From contig JADIYW010000036.1 of the NCBI GenBank assembly GCA_016705125.1, positions 147,195 through 211,194 of the forward strand: a stretch of DNA of 64,000 bases. Direction: 5' to 3'. This document shows, one piece after another, positions 1-10,734 of this stretch. A model generated the notes under the pieces. That model made no database searches, was not told the origin of the DNA, and saw only the letters and a list, made by a program, of their open reading frames with translations. The position numbers and the translations under genes were made by a program. Positions within the stretch are counted from its first letter, which is position 1; the number at the start of each line of letters is the position of its first letter. The DNA comes from Bacteroidota bacterium (GTDB lineage Bacteria; Bacteroidota; Bacteroidia; Chitinophagales; JADIYW01).

Positions 1-1596
1 TTCCTCCATTTTTTTGGAGAAATCATCCATATCTTTTTTGGCTTCTGACAAATTGTCTTTAATCTCTTCATTATTATTTTCTTCCTTTTCTTTCAAATCT
101 TGCTTACTCGATTTTTGATATGAATATATGGAAGACCGAGCCATTTTCGGGCCATGAATGGCATCATTATCCCAAACATCGAAAAAGTATTGAATTTTGT
201 CGCCTGGCAATAAATTGATATTACTTGCATCAAACACTTGATCGAAATCTAAAATTGGTGCTTTACCAACTGGGATTCTAATTAATTTATTTACTTTTAA
301 CTTCCCCTTTTCATCTAATATTTGATAATGAAATTCCAATCTACTAAAACCATAATCGTCGGATGCATTTCCTACAAAATAATTATAATCAAGGTTTGTG
401 CTATCCGTTATTTTGTCCACCATTATTAAAGGTGCCTTGTCTTCTAAAACACTTACATTGAAAGCAACAGAATCAATTGATTCTTCATCGGCATTAGAAT
501 AATGGATAGAACAAGAAGTATTTTTTAAAAATTTTTGACTAAAAGAAAACCTATTTTTCTTTATTTGATTCGCTTTAAGCATTATATTGCCTACTCTAAA
601 TTTTAGTTGCTCCGTGTTTTCAGTCTTCAATTGCCAATCGACCAAAGTTCCTTCAGGCAAGTATAAATCGCTTGTATTTTCAATCTGCTCTTTTTGTTTA
701 CCAGTATAAGCAGGATATGTTATTATAGCGTTTAGGCCAGTAATTAAAGCCTTGGGCAATACTTTTACATTGTGTTCAATTGAATTAAAACCACTTGCAT
801 TGAAATTAAATTTAAAATTTTCTTGAACATTGGAGAATACATAAGCAAAACTATTTGCTGATTTTTTCTCCATTTTAATGGACTTTCCATTCAATTGAAT
901 AAAAACATCTTTTGGCAAAACGCTTCCATCAACTTTTAATTCAATTGGCAGGTTTTCAAACTGACTGATTTTCAATTTTTTGTTTTGCAAATAAAATTCG
1001 AAAGGTGCTTTTTTAGCAAAAACGGTATTTGGATTTGACAATCTTAAATTGCTTTCCTTTAAAATGCTTGGAGCAGCAACCAATAAAAACAATAAAGCAC
1101 CGATTGGTGGCAATGCATATTTGAGGTATTTTTTGTTTTTCGACAAATCGATTGCATTTGAAAAAGGCACCAATTTTATATTGTCAATTTTTTGATTGAT
1201 ACTTGCTTCTAATAATCCAGAATTGTCCTCTTCCGATTTTTGCTTGAGCTGCAATGCATTTAATAATTTGTCTTTAATGTCTGTAAAGTGTGTGCCAATA
1301 ATAGCTGCTGCTTGTTCATGAGAAATTGTTTTTCCGAGCCGAAACAAAGCAATAAGTGGTTTTACAATCCAAACAAAACCTGAGATAGAAAATAGAGACA
1401 CAAAACCAAATGCAATTAACTTTCTGATATTGGTTGAAAAGTATAATTTATATTCAGTTAGACTTATAATTAAATAGGTAGCTAAAATTAAACCTACAAA
1501 ATACAAGCTACCTTTCAACAATTTATTTAGGTAAAATTTCCTAATAAACTGATCTAGTTTTTGAATTAATAGCCTGTAATTAGAATTCAATTCCAT
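1..1596 (-). CDS. Large membrane-anchored protein, N-terminal 532 codons only (gene runs off the left edge); possibly DUF4175-like
   Basis: Own translation of the minus strand. ATG at 1596..1594 gives MELNSNYRLLIQKLDQFIRKFYLNKLLKGSLYFVGLILATYLI..., with two N-terminal hydrophobic segments. The frame stays open to base 1 (...KDNLSEAKKDMDDFSKKMEE). It is absent from the ORF track, presumably because it is edge-truncated, and no competing ORF is listed in 1-1613. The family name is from memory only. Confidence 0.6.
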   Translation of the reverse strand, partial: MELNSNYRLLIQKLDQFIRKFYLNKLLKGSLYFVGLILATYLIISLTEYKLYFSTNIRKLIAFGFVSLFSISGFVWIVKPLIALFRLGKTISHEQAAAIIGTHFTDIKDKLLNALQLKQKSEEDNSGLLEASINQKIDNIKLVPFSNAIDLSKNKKYLKYALPPIGALLFLLVAAPSILKESNLRLSNPNTVFAKKAPFEFYLQNKKLKISQFENLPIELKVDGSVLPKDVFIQLNGKSIKMEKKSANSFAYVFSNVQENFKFNFNASGFNSIEHNVKVLPKALITGLNAIITYPAYTGKQKEQIENTSDLYLPEGTLVDWQLKTENTEQLKFRVGNIMLKANQIKKNRFSFSQKFLKNTSCSIHYSNADEESIDSVAFNVSVLEDKAPLIMVDKITDSTNLDYNYFVGNASDDYGFSRLEFHYQILDEKGKLKVNKLIRIPVGKAPILDFDQVFDASNINLLPGDKIQYFFDVWDNDAIHGPKMARSSIYSYQKSSKQDLKEKEENNNEEIKDNLSEAKKDMDDFSKKMEE

Positions 1597-1613
1597 CTTA
1601 ACAATTTGCGTTT

Positions 1614-3338
1614 TTATTTAGGGACTTTATAGGCACGTCGAAAATCGCGGTGTTCAATTGGATTTTGAGGGCATCCTTTTAAGTTTTTTTGCAAAATTCT
1701 ATAATCTATATCATAAGTAATAGGCAGAACAACAGCATCATCAATTACAATTTGGTCGGCTTTTGCATAATATTCATTTCTCAGTTTTTCATCAGGTGTT
1801 GCAAGCGCCAATCTGAACCATTTGTCGAATTCAGGATTTTTATACCTAAAAGAATTAATATATGTTTTGGTAGACAATTCTTCAGGAACATATTTACTAT
1901 CGAAAAGATTTAGGAAATTTTCGGGATCAGGATAATCTGCCACCCAACCTAAACGATAAAATTCCGTCTTAGCCGACTCAATAGATTCGCTGTGTTGAGC
2001 CCAAGGTACTGTTAATATTTCGACTTTAATATTTAATACTTCTTGTATCATTTTTTGGATGGCCTCAGCAATTTGAGCATTTCTACCTCCACCACTATTG
2101 ATTTGGAGCGTTACTTTAGGGAAACCAGCACCTTTTGGAAAGCCAGCCGCAGCCAATAAGCCTTGAGCCTTTACTGGATCAAAAGTATATCCTTTAACTT
2201 TTGTAGGGTCATAAGTTCCACATCCCGGAGGTACAAATCCATATTTAGCTGGCACACCAGAGCCTTTGTAAGTGAAAGTTGCAATCTTCTCCCTATCTAC
2301 AGCATAACAAAAAGCTTGTCTTACTCTTTTATCATTAAATATTTTACCCGGGTGTAAAAATCCATAATATTGAATAGTTAATGAATTTAAAAATTGTAAT
2401 TCAAAACTAGAATATGCTGGTCTTAAAACATTTTTCACATCAACTACCTCTTCTTTCATTTCGAGTGGCAAACGATAAATCAAATCAATGTCTCCTTTTT
2501 TAAATGCTTCTAATTCAGCCTTTTTCTCTTTAATAAAAGTAATTTTTATAAAATCTAAGTAAGGCAATTTGTTCCCAAACTCGTCAACATCCCAATAATC
2601 AGGATTTCTTTCTAAGAAAACTAATTCATTTTCCTTTAAGGTTTTTATTTTAAAAGGACCAGTTCCAACGCAGTGTGTTCGCATGTCGGAACCATATTTT
2701 TCATAAGCTTCCTTAGCATAAATTGCAGTTTGAGGCAATGCCAATCTATCAATAAAAACAGAGAATGGTTTTGTTAAAGAGATTTCAAGAGTTGAATCAT
2801 TCAAAACCACAATACCTGATACACCAGAATTGTCTTTTGGATCCTTTGCAGTTTTTTCAGTATATTCATTTGCACCAACTACCAAATCTTTAAATAACCA
2901 ACCTGCTTGTATTTCTGTTGGTTTACTGTAAGAAATTCTGTCAAAACAATATTTTATATCTTTTGCTGTTAGCGTTCTGCCTTTACCATCTGGAAAACAA
3001 GGGTCATCTGTAAATTTTATTCCTGACCTTAAATGGAAAACAAATTTCTTTCCACCATCGGAAATATCCCAACTTTTAGCAATACATGGTTCGATTGCCA
3101 ATGTTTTTACATTAAAACGAACAAGACCTTCATAAATATTATTGTCAATTCTTTGCCCAGTAACCTCTGTTATATTTGGTGGATAAAGCGATTTTAAATA
3201 TTCTTCTTCATTCAATTTTAAAATGCCACCAATGAAAACGCCACCTTTTCCTTCGCGAGCTTCGGAAGCTGTTTTGCTTCCACCTCCACAAGACCAAAAT
3301 AAACAAACAGAAACAAGAGCAATTAATAAATTTTTCAT
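1614..3338 (-). CDS. ABC-transporter substrate-binding lipoprotein, family 5 (peptide/oligopeptide DppA/OppA type)
   Basis: 574-aa ORF with a lipoprotein signal (MKNLLIALVSVCLFWSCGGG). Length and motifs such as GPFKIKTLKENELVFLERNPDYWD are typical of SBP_bac_5. It ends 17 nt upstream of the 1..1596 gene, so co-transcription is likely. Confidence 0.85.
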   Translation of the reverse strand: MKNLLIALVSVCLFWSCGGGSKTASEAREGKGGVFIGGILKLNEEEYLKSLYPPNITEVTGQRIDNNIYEGLVRFNVKTLAIEPCIAKSWDISDGGKKFVFHLRSGIKFTDDPCFPDGKGRTLTAKDIKYCFDRISYSKPTEIQAGWLFKDLVVGANEYTEKTAKDPKDNSGVSGIVVLNDSTLEISLTKPFSVFIDRLALPQTAIYAKEAYEKYGSDMRTHCVGTGPFKIKTLKENELVFLERNPDYWDVDEFGNKLPYLDFIKITFIKEKKAELEAFKKGDIDLIYRLPLEMKEEVVDVKNVLRPAYSSFELQFLNSLTIQYYGFLHPGKIFNDKRVRQAFCYAVDREKIATFTYKGSGVPAKYGFVPPGCGTYDPTKVKGYTFDPVKAQGLLAAAGFPKGAGFPKVTLQINSGGGRNAQIAEAIQKMIQEVLNIKVEILTVPWAQHSESIESAKTEFYRLGWVADYPDPENFLNLFDSKYVPEELSTKTYINSFRYKNPEFDKWFRLALATPDEKLRNEYYAKADQIVIDDAVVLPITYDIDYRILQKNLKGCPQNPIEHRDFRRAYKVPK

Positions 3339-3371
3339 ACTTTTTTAATTAATAACGATTTCAAAAACAAA

Positions 3372-4148
3372 TTAAAACAAAATTTCTAAATAAATGGGAC
3401 AATGGTCGGAATGTTTAACATCTGGATGAATCTTTGCATCCACTAAATTGGACTCCAAACCTGCTGAAACTGCATTATAATCAATTCTCCAGCCTTTGTT
3501 ATTGCCTCTTGCTCCAGCTCTATAACTCCACCAAGAATAGTGATGAGGGTCTGTATTCAAGTGCCGAAAAGAATCGATAAATCCAGCCTCAAAAAATTTA
3601 GTCATCCATGCTCTTTCCTCTGGCAAAAAACCCGATGAATCCTTATTTCCTTTGGGATCATGAATGTCAATTGCTTGATGACAAATATTATAATCGCCAG
3701 AAACAATTAAATGCTTTTTTGTTGCTTTAAGTTCGTTTATCCAAACAAAAAAATCATCTAAAAATTCCATTTTTACACTCTGCCTTTCTCCGCCACTTGA
3801 GCCACTTGGAAAGTATGCGTTAACAATTGTTAAATCTCCAATATCAACGCTTATAACCCTGCCTTCTCTGTCATGCTTATCGATGCCCATTCCTTTTCTG
3901 ATGGCATCAAATGGCAATTTAGAAATTATGCCTGTTCCACTATAGCCTTTCTTTTCGGCGGAGAACCAAGTATGATACACATATCCCAAATCATTAAATA
4001 TTTCTTTAGGCACGTCCAACTCATTGGCTTTTATTTCTTGAAATAAATAGACGTCATATTGCGTTTCTTTTATCCAATCTGCTAATCCTTTTGAAACTGC
4101 AGAACGAATTCCATTTAAATTATAGCTTATAATTTTTAATTGTGGCAT
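3372..4148 (-). CDS. xth: Exodeoxyribonuclease III
   Basis: 258-aa ORF. The start MPQLKIISYNLNGIRSA and the motifs LFQEIKA, SGDYNI and SDHCPI match the ExoIII/AP-endonuclease family signature. Confidence 0.9.
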   Translation of the reverse strand: MPQLKIISYNLNGIRSAVSKGLADWIKETQYDVYLFQEIKANELDVPKEIFNDLGYVYHTWFSAEKKGYSGTGIISKLPFDAIRKGMGIDKHDREGRVISVDIGDLTIVNAYFPSGSSGGERQSVKMEFLDDFFVWINELKATKKHLIVSGDYNICHQAIDIHDPKGNKDSSGFLPEERAWMTKFFEAGFIDSFRHLNTDPHHYSWWSYRAGARGNNKGWRIDYNAVSAGLESNLVDAKIHPDVKHSDHCPIYLEILF

Positions 4149-4221
4149 TGAATTTGAATGATTTTACTAAATTTAGACCTTAAAAAACCAAAGGTACAAT
4201 TTTCTCCTTTTCAAATTAATA

Positions 4222-6699
4222 ATGAGCGCTATCAGAATTCAAGTTTTATTTTATTTTTGTTCTTTAATTTGTCTGTTGGCTCAAGGTCAATCCCTTACCA
4301 TAAGTGGAAAAATAATAGATGCAAACAGCAAAGAACCCATTTCATTTGCAAGCGTTTATGTAAAAAATACAGCTTATGGCTCTATTTCAGATTCGGCAGG
4401 AAACTATGTTTTAACCCTTCCAAAATTGTACGACACGCTCTCCGTTTTTTTTACTGGATATAAAGAAAAAAACATTGTCATACCTAAAAAAAGCAACATA
4501 ATAATTGATATAAGTTTGGAACCGGAATCAAATTCGTTGTCAGAGGTAGTAGTTTTCGCCAAAAGAGAACCGATTGAGGAAATCATTTTAAGGCACATTT
4601 TAGAAAATAAGGACAAAAACAATAAAGAAAATTTCACCAATTATAGTCACGAATTATACAATAAAATTGAAATAGATTTAAAAAATTTGAATCATAAAAT
4701 ATTTGACTCCAAACTTGCCAAGCCTTTTCAATTTATATTTGACAATGTAGATAGCACTACCGACGAAAGTCCTTTTCTGCCTTTATTTATTACAGAATCA
4801 ATTTCTGACTTTTATTACCAAGCCTCGCCAAAAAAGAATCGTGAAGTAATTAAAGCCTCAAAAATATCGGGTGTACAGAACGATTACCTTACTCAATATT
4901 TGGGAAATATGTATGCAGATGTAAACATTTACAACAATTTTGTAGGTATAATGCTTAAAGAATTTGTAAGTCCAATTGCCAATAGTTGTCGATTTTTTTA
5001 TAATTACAAAGTAACCGATACAATATACAGAAGTGATGGAGTTTATTATAAAATGACATTTGAACCAAACACCAAGGCAGACAACACTTTTTTTGGTGAC
5101 CTTTTAGTAGATGATCAAAAATTTGCGATAAAAGAAATTAGAATGAGCATGGCACCGCATGTAAATATCAATTTTGTAAAAAGAATTGAAATAGTACAAG
5201 AATTTATGGGTGTAAATGATTCACTAAATTTACTTAAATCGGACAAAACTATAATTGAATTTGCCCCCTTAGAAAAATTGCCCGCCTTAATAGGTAGAAA
5301 AACTACTTCGTATGAGGATATAATTGTAAATGGGCCACCAATAGACACCATTATAGATAAATACAAAGATGAAATCACAGTTGTAAAAGGAAGTTTTGAA
5401 AAATCTGATTCATTTTGGTTAACAGAGCGACATTTGTCTCTCAGTAAAAATGAGTCCAATATTTATGGACTTATTGACTCCGTTAAAAGAACACCTGCAT
5501 ACAAAAAATATAATGCAGCCCTTTATTTTTTATCTAGTGGCTATGTGAAAATTAATAAATTCGATATTGGTTCATTATATAGCTTATTGGTATTGAATCC
5601 AGTAGAAGGTTTGAAATTTAATATTGGAGGCAGAACAAATTATTCATTTAGCAAAGTATTTAAGTTATCGGGCAATATCGGATATGGTTTAAAATCAAAA
5701 TTGGTAACTGGAAGTGGAGAAGTAGAATGGTTATTTAAAAAAGACCCAAGACAAATAATAGGCATTTCATATATTCACGATATAAAAACGCAAACTTCAA
5801 GCACAGATGTTATTCCATCAGATAATATTTTAACAAGGTTATTTAGACGAAAAGTAGACCTTAAATTACTTTTGCTTGACCAAGCCCGAATTTCGTATGA
5901 ACGCGAATGGAAACCCGGTATTTCAAGCAAAATTACATTTCAAAATCGAAGAGTGGAACCTCTAACGTTGCCTTTTAACTATTTAAGATTTAATACAGAA
6001 AAAAGCACCTACGATACTTTAAAAAAACTTAACCAAAGTGAATTTGTATTGAATTTAAGATTTGCGCCTAAGGAAAAATTTATGTCCAATACCATTTATA
6101 GAACTAGTTTAGGCACATCATTGCCAGTAGTAGAAGTGGAATACGCTTTGGGTTTAAAAAATTTATTTAAAAGTCAATTTACCTACCATAAGATATCAGG
6201 AATTATTTCAGATGATTTTCCGATAAGCCCAATTGGCTTTATGAAATACAAATTATGGGGCGGCAAGGTATTTGGTAATGTTCCCTTTTTATTATCCAAT
6301 ATTCCAGATGGAAATGAAACCTATTTTTACAATAATGGCAGAATGACCTTTAACCTAATGAATGATTATGAATTTTATAGCGATGCCTGGATAGGATTAT
6401 CATTAGATCATCACTTTGATGGTTTCTTTTTCAATAGAATACCAGGATTTAGAAAACTAAAATGGCGAGAAGTTATTGAGACCAAAATGCTATGGGGCAA
6501 AACTGGAAAAAAAGCTCTAGAGCAAAATATTGGTAGCACCATAGTTGCATTAAATGGAAAACCCTATATAGAAGTAGGATTTGGAATTGAAAATATATTT
6601 AAATTCTTCAAAATTGATTTCCTTTGGCGTGCCACATACAGAGAAAATCCAAATGTTCCAAAATTTGGAGCCCTATTGGGCATGGAATTTAGGTTATAA
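4222..6699 (+). CDS. Carboxypeptidase-regulatory-like domain protein with DUF5686-type C-terminal region (probable outer-membrane protein)
   Basis: 825-aa ORF with a signal peptide. The N-terminal SGKIIDANSKEPISFASVYVKNTAYGSISDSAGNYVL is a CarboxypepD_reg-like fold, and the C-terminal part is long and beta-rich. Confidence 0.65.
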   Translation: MSAIRIQVLFYFCSLICLLAQGQSLTISGKIIDANSKEPISFASVYVKNTAYGSISDSAGNYVLTLPKLYDTLSVFFTGYKEKNIVIPKKSNIIIDISLEPESNSLSEVVVFAKREPIEEIILRHILENKDKNNKENFTNYSHELYNKIEIDLKNLNHKIFDSKLAKPFQFIFDNVDSTTDESPFLPLFITESISDFYYQASPKKNREVIKASKISGVQNDYLTQYLGNMYADVNIYNNFVGIMLKEFVSPIANSCRFFYNYKVTDTIYRSDGVYYKMTFEPNTKADNTFFGDLLVDDQKFAIKEIRMSMAPHVNINFVKRIEIVQEFMGVNDSLNLLKSDKTIIEFAPLEKLPALIGRKTTSYEDIIVNGPPIDTIIDKYKDEITVVKGSFEKSDSFWLTERHLSLSKNESNIYGLIDSVKRTPAYKKYNAALYFLSSGYVKINKFDIGSLYSLLVLNPVEGLKFNIGGRTNYSFSKVFKLSGNIGYGLKSKLVTGSGEVEWLFKKDPRQIIGISYIHDIKTQTSSTDVIPSDNILTRLFRRKVDLKLLLLDQARISYEREWKPGISSKITFQNRRVEPLTLPFNYLRFNTEKSTYDTLKKLNQSEFVLNLRFAPKEKFMSNTIYRTSLGTSLPVVEVEYALGLKNLFKSQFTYHKISGIISDDFPISPIGFMKYKLWGGKVFGNVPFLLSNIPDGNETYFYNNGRMTFNLMNDYEFYSDAWIGLSLDHHFDGFFFNRIPGFRKLKWREVIETKMLWGKTGKKALEQNIGSTIVALNGKPYIEVGFGIENIFKFFKIDFLWRATYRENPNVPKFGALLGMEFRL

Positions 6700-6780
6700 A
6701 AACTTAATTAAACATTTGTTTATTATTAAAGTGTTTCATTTAGGCAACAATTCCTTTTCTTTACAAAAATAATTTAGTTA

Positions 6781-7536
6781 ATGGCTTTTGCAGTAAAAGA
6801 AAAAGGGGGATTTAAATTAATCGACGAGGGAGAAGGCGAACCACTTATACTATTGCATGGATTATTTGGCGGCTTAGCTAATTTTGACACCGTAGTAAGC
6901 TATTTTTCCAAAAATTACAGAACAATCGTTCCAATACTTCCACTTTACGACTTGCCTATTAGAGAAACAACCGTAATAGGTTTGGTTGATTATTTGAAAA
7001 AATTAATTTCACATTTAGAATTAAAGGAGATAAACCTACTTGGCAATAGCCTAGGAGGCCATGTAGCGTTGGTATATACTTTAGAAAATTTATCAAATGT
7101 AAAATCACTAATCCTAACGGGTAGTTCGGGGCTTTATGAAAAAGCCTTTGGAGATACAATTCCAAAAAGAGGTGATTATGATTATTTAAAAGAAAAAACA
7201 GAACAAACGTTTTACAACCCCAAAATTGCTACAAAAGAACTTGTTGATGAAATCTTTGAAACCGTTTCAGACAGAGAAAAAGCAATAAGAGTAATATCAA
7301 TGGCTAAATCTGCGGTTAGACATAATTTGTCAGAAGAATTGAATCAGATAAATTGTCCCACCTTTTTAATTTGGGGAATAAATGACACAATAACTCCGCT
7401 TTATGTGGGCGAGGAATTTAAACGGCTAATAAATGGAGCTCAATTGGTTACCATCGACAAATGTGGACATGCACCGATGATGGAGCATCCCGAAACGTTT
7501 AATAAACTTTTAGCCGAATTTTTACGTTCCATATAA
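6781..7536 (+). CDS. Alpha/beta-fold hydrolase
   Basis: 251-aa ORF with an HG oxyanion motif (LLHGLFGG), a nucleophile elbow GNSLGG and a C-terminal CGHAPMMEHP. Confidence 0.8.
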   Translation: MAFAVKEKGGFKLIDEGEGEPLILLHGLFGGLANFDTVVSYFSKNYRTIVPILPLYDLPIRETTVIGLVDYLKKLISHLELKEINLLGNSLGGHVALVYTLENLSNVKSLILTGSSGLYEKAFGDTIPKRGDYDYLKEKTEQTFYNPKIATKELVDEIFETVSDREKAIRVISMAKSAVRHNLSEELNQINCPTFLIWGINDTITPLYVGEEFKRLINGAQLVTIDKCGHAPMMEHPETFNKLLAEFLRSI

Positions 7537-7539
7537 TAA

Positions 7540-8202
7540 ATGTTTGCTAACCAATATATCGACAATTCATTTCCTCACTTAAAAAGTAGTGACACTATTG
7601 CTTTTGCTTTAGATTTAATGGAGGAAAATGGCATTCATTTTTTGCCAGTAGTAAAAAATGGAAAATATATAGGAATGGCCACTGAGAGCATTCTATATGA
7701 ACATCCCAATTCAAGCATTGAATTAGGCACTATTGACCTTCCATTTGAGAAAGCAAGTTGCGGTTATATGGAGCATTTATTTATGGTACTAAAAGAAATG
7801 ACAAAAAATAAATTGTCAATTCTTCCAATTTTAAATGAGAAAAAAAAGTTTTTGGGTACTGCTACAGCCGCTAAAATAATAGATGTATTTGCCAACAACT
7901 CTTCCATTGAAGACCCAGGTGGTATTTTGGTAATTGAAACCGAATATCGCGATTATTCACTTACAGAAATTTCTAAAATTGTTGAATCAGACGGCGCATT
8001 AATTTTACATTCCTATGTGTCACAAATCCCTAAATCTTCTAGGATTCTAGTTACCATCAAAACCAACAAGACAGACATTTCACCCATTATTCAAAGTTTT
8101 GAACGATATAATTACGAAATAAAAGCAGCATTCAACAAATCTATTATTGATAATCAATTGAAAGAAAGACTTGATGGATTACTCATGTATTTAAATATAT
8201 GA
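7540..8202 (+). CDS. CBS-domain protein
   Basis: 220-aa ORF with tandem CBS-like segments (HFLPVVKNGKYIGM, LSILPILNEKKKFLG). It holds the conserved position upstream of nadK seen in Bacteroidota. Confidence 0.7.
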   Translation: MFANQYIDNSFPHLKSSDTIAFALDLMEENGIHFLPVVKNGKYIGMATESILYEHPNSSIELGTIDLPFEKASCGYMEHLFMVLKEMTKNKLSILPILNEKKKFLGTATAAKIIDVFANNSSIEDPGGILVIETEYRDYSLTEISKIVESDGALILHSYVSQIPKSSRILVTIKTNKTDISPIIQSFERYNYEIKAAFNKSIIDNQLKERLDGLLMYLNI

Positions 8203-8234
8203 TAAATACGAATATTTCTTCATAATTTTAGCCA

Positions 8235-9650
8235 GTGCAATTGATCGTCATTTTTAGAAAAATAATTTTACTGTCACTAGTTTTGGTTTTTTTTGAAGGA
8301 AAAAGTCAAGACACACAAACCCCTGTAACTATCAGGCAAATTACAATTGAAGGAAACAAACATACAAAAGAACCAATAATTTTAAGAGAATTATCCTTTA
8401 ATGAAGGCGACACAATTAGTGGTGAAATGTTATCTCATAAAATTGAAAAAAGTAGAACAAACCTAATCAACTTAAACCTTTTTGGAAAAATCGTTTTTAA
8501 TATAAAAAATTGGGAAAACGACAGTTTAGATATCGTAATAAGCTTAACCGAACGCAATAGGTTTAAGTTTGCACCAATATTTAATTTGGCAGATCGAAAT
8601 TTTAACATTTGGTGGACCGACCAAAATCGAAGCTTTAAAAGGGTTCAAGGAGGTGCTTTAATTCGATTTAATAACGCTTTTGGGCTCAATCACACCATAA
8701 TAGGGACAGCCACTTTTGGTTTTGCTCAAATATTTGGTTTAGAATATCGAATGCCTTACATAAATAAATCAAAAACACTTGGTGCTCAATACATCTTTGA
8801 GTTTTCGCAAAGTAAGCAAGTTCAATATGGAACCACCAATGATAAGCAAGATTTTTTTGAAGGGGAGAAATTTGTAAATAGAAAAATTGAATTGGGCACT
8901 AAATTAGTTTTAAGACCAAAAATTCACAATACAAATACATTTACTGCCAGCTATTTACATTATGAAGTAGATAATACTTTAGCCAATCAACACCCAACTT
9001 ATTTATTAAATGGTCGCACCACCGTAAATTTTTTCCAAATAGGATACATGTATGAAATTGATTTAAGAGATTTTAGATATTTTCCAAAAAAAGGGCTTTA
9101 CTTTCGGGGCGAACTTCAAAGAAATGGATTCGGAATTTTTAAAAATGATATTAATCTTACTCGATTTAGTTTGTCGCTAAGCAAATATGAACAAATTGGA
9201 AAATCTCAAAAACATTTATTTAGTCATGCCGCCAAAATAATGCTTTCAGGACCCGAGTATCAACCATATGTGATTCAACGAGGAATGGGTTTTAAACAAG
9301 ACTTTGTGCGTGGCAACGAACTATTTCAAATTGATGGACAACGGTTTTTACTAATTAAAAATGAATATAAATATGCCCTTTTAGATGTAAAACTTAATTA
9401 TTTGAAAAAATTAAAAGGCAAAAAGTTGGGCTATATGCCATTATCATTATACTTGGGTGGTCATTTCGATTGTGGGGTTGTAACAGACAAAGCTAATAGT
9501 TCAACAAATTCGCTCAGAAACAAATTAATTTATGGATATGGAATCGGCTTAAATATGGTAACCTTCTACGACAAAGTTTTACGTTTAGAATATTCATTCA
9601 ATCAAGACTTTAATAAAGGATTTTATATACATTTTGAAGTTCCGATTTAA
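8235..9650 (+). CDS. Omp85/BamA-TamA-family outer-membrane protein (POTRA plus beta-barrel)
   Basis: 471-aa ORF with a GTG start and a signal peptide. It has a POTRA-like IRQITIEGNKHTKEPIILRELSFNEGD and a C-terminal beta-barrel with alternating aromatic residues. Confidence 0.7.
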   Translation: MQLIVIFRKIILLSLVLVFFEGKSQDTQTPVTIRQITIEGNKHTKEPIILRELSFNEGDTISGEMLSHKIEKSRTNLINLNLFGKIVFNIKNWENDSLDIVISLTERNRFKFAPIFNLADRNFNIWWTDQNRSFKRVQGGALIRFNNAFGLNHTIIGTATFGFAQIFGLEYRMPYINKSKTLGAQYIFEFSQSKQVQYGTTNDKQDFFEGEKFVNRKIELGTKLVLRPKIHNTNTFTASYLHYEVDNTLANQHPTYLLNGRTTVNFFQIGYMYEIDLRDFRYFPKKGLYFRGELQRNGFGIFKNDINLTRFSLSLSKYEQIGKSQKHLFSHAAKIMLSGPEYQPYVIQRGMGFKQDFVRGNELFQIDGQRFLLIKNEYKYALLDVKLNYLKKLKGKKLGYMPLSLYLGGHFDCGVVTDKANSSTNSLRNKLIYGYGIGLNMVTFYDKVLRLEYSFNQDFNKGFYIHFEVPI

Positions 9651-9741
9651 TTCAAAAAAACGCAAAATGATAAAAAGAAATTTCTAATAGGATTTTTAAT
9701 AAAAGGAATAGTAAATTAGCAAATAAATAAAGGCTTAAAAA

Positions 9742-10623
9742 ATGAACATTGGCATATATAGCAGGTTGTTGAAAAAAGAACATCGTCCATTTATTCAAGA
9801 ATTGTTTAAATTATTGGCTGAAAAAAATTACAATATTTTCATTTATGATGAGTATCTAAAGTCATTAAAAACAGAACTAAAATTTCTATCTCAATACGAC
9901 GCTTTCGCCACTTATGAAGACGTAAAAAAGTTAGAATTAGATCTCCTAATTTCTCTTGGCGGTGACGGCACCTTACTGGATACTGTAGGCTTGGTTAGGG
10001 ATAGCGGCATACCTGTGGCGGGTGTAAATATGGGAAGACTTGGTTTTTTAGCAGATATTCACAAAGAAGAAATTTCAAGTTTAATAAATGCAATAGAACA
10101 AAATACATATACAATCGAAGATCGTTCATTAATACATATAGAAACAAACAAACCACTATTTGGTGATAATAATTTTGGATTAAATGAATTCTCGATACTA
10201 AAAACAGAATCTTCTTCAATGATTACCATTCATGTTTACCTTAATGGAGAATTTTTATCTACCTATTGGGCAGATGGATTAATCGTAGCCACTCCTACTG
10301 GTTCCACTGCCTATTCATTAAGTTGTGGCGGACCAATTATTTTCCCCGATGCTGGCAATTTTGTACTTACACCCATTGCTCCACACAATCTAAATGCCCG
10401 TCCGATAGTAATTCCTGACAATACCGTGGTTTCTTTTGAAGTAGAATGTAGGAGTAAATATTTTTTGTGTGCCATTGACTCGAGAAATAAAAAGGCGGAC
10501 AAGTCGTTCCAAATTGCTATCCGAAAAGAGCAATTTCCTTTTAAATTGTTTCGAATGCCAGAAAATCATTATCTAAAAACCCTACGTGAAAAGCTAAATT
10601 GGGGGGAGGACGCAAGAAATTAA
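9742..10623 (+). CDS. nadK: NAD kinase
   Basis: 293-aa ORF with GGDGT (SLGGDGTLL), the NE motif and TPTGSTAYSLSCGGPI, which together form the NAD-kinase signature. Confidence 0.9.
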   Translation: MNIGIYSRLLKKEHRPFIQELFKLLAEKNYNIFIYDEYLKSLKTELKFLSQYDAFATYEDVKKLELDLLISLGGDGTLLDTVGLVRDSGIPVAGVNMGRLGFLADIHKEEISSLINAIEQNTYTIEDRSLIHIETNKPLFGDNNFGLNEFSILKTESSSMITIHVYLNGEFLSTYWADGLIVATPTGSTAYSLSCGGPIIFPDAGNFVLTPIAPHNLNARPIVIPDNTVVSFEVECRSKYFLCAIDSRNKKADKSFQIAIRKEQFPFKLFRMPENHYLKTLREKLNWGEDARN

Positions 10624-10701
10624 AAGCCTAAATTAGAATTTATAAAGGTTTTTTAACTTTTGACATTTAATACCAATAGTTTATATTTCACGTTATTTCG
10701 C

Positions 10702-10709
10702 TATCTTTG
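10702..10709 (+). promoter_or_regulatory. Bacteroidota -7 promoter box TATCTTTG (TAnnTTTG)
   Basis: Exact match to TAnnTTTG. It lies inside the 5' part of the tracked ORF 10660..11580, which argues for a downstream start codon. Confidence 0.35.
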
Positions 10710-10734
10710 CCATTCGTTTAAAAAAAATACGGAT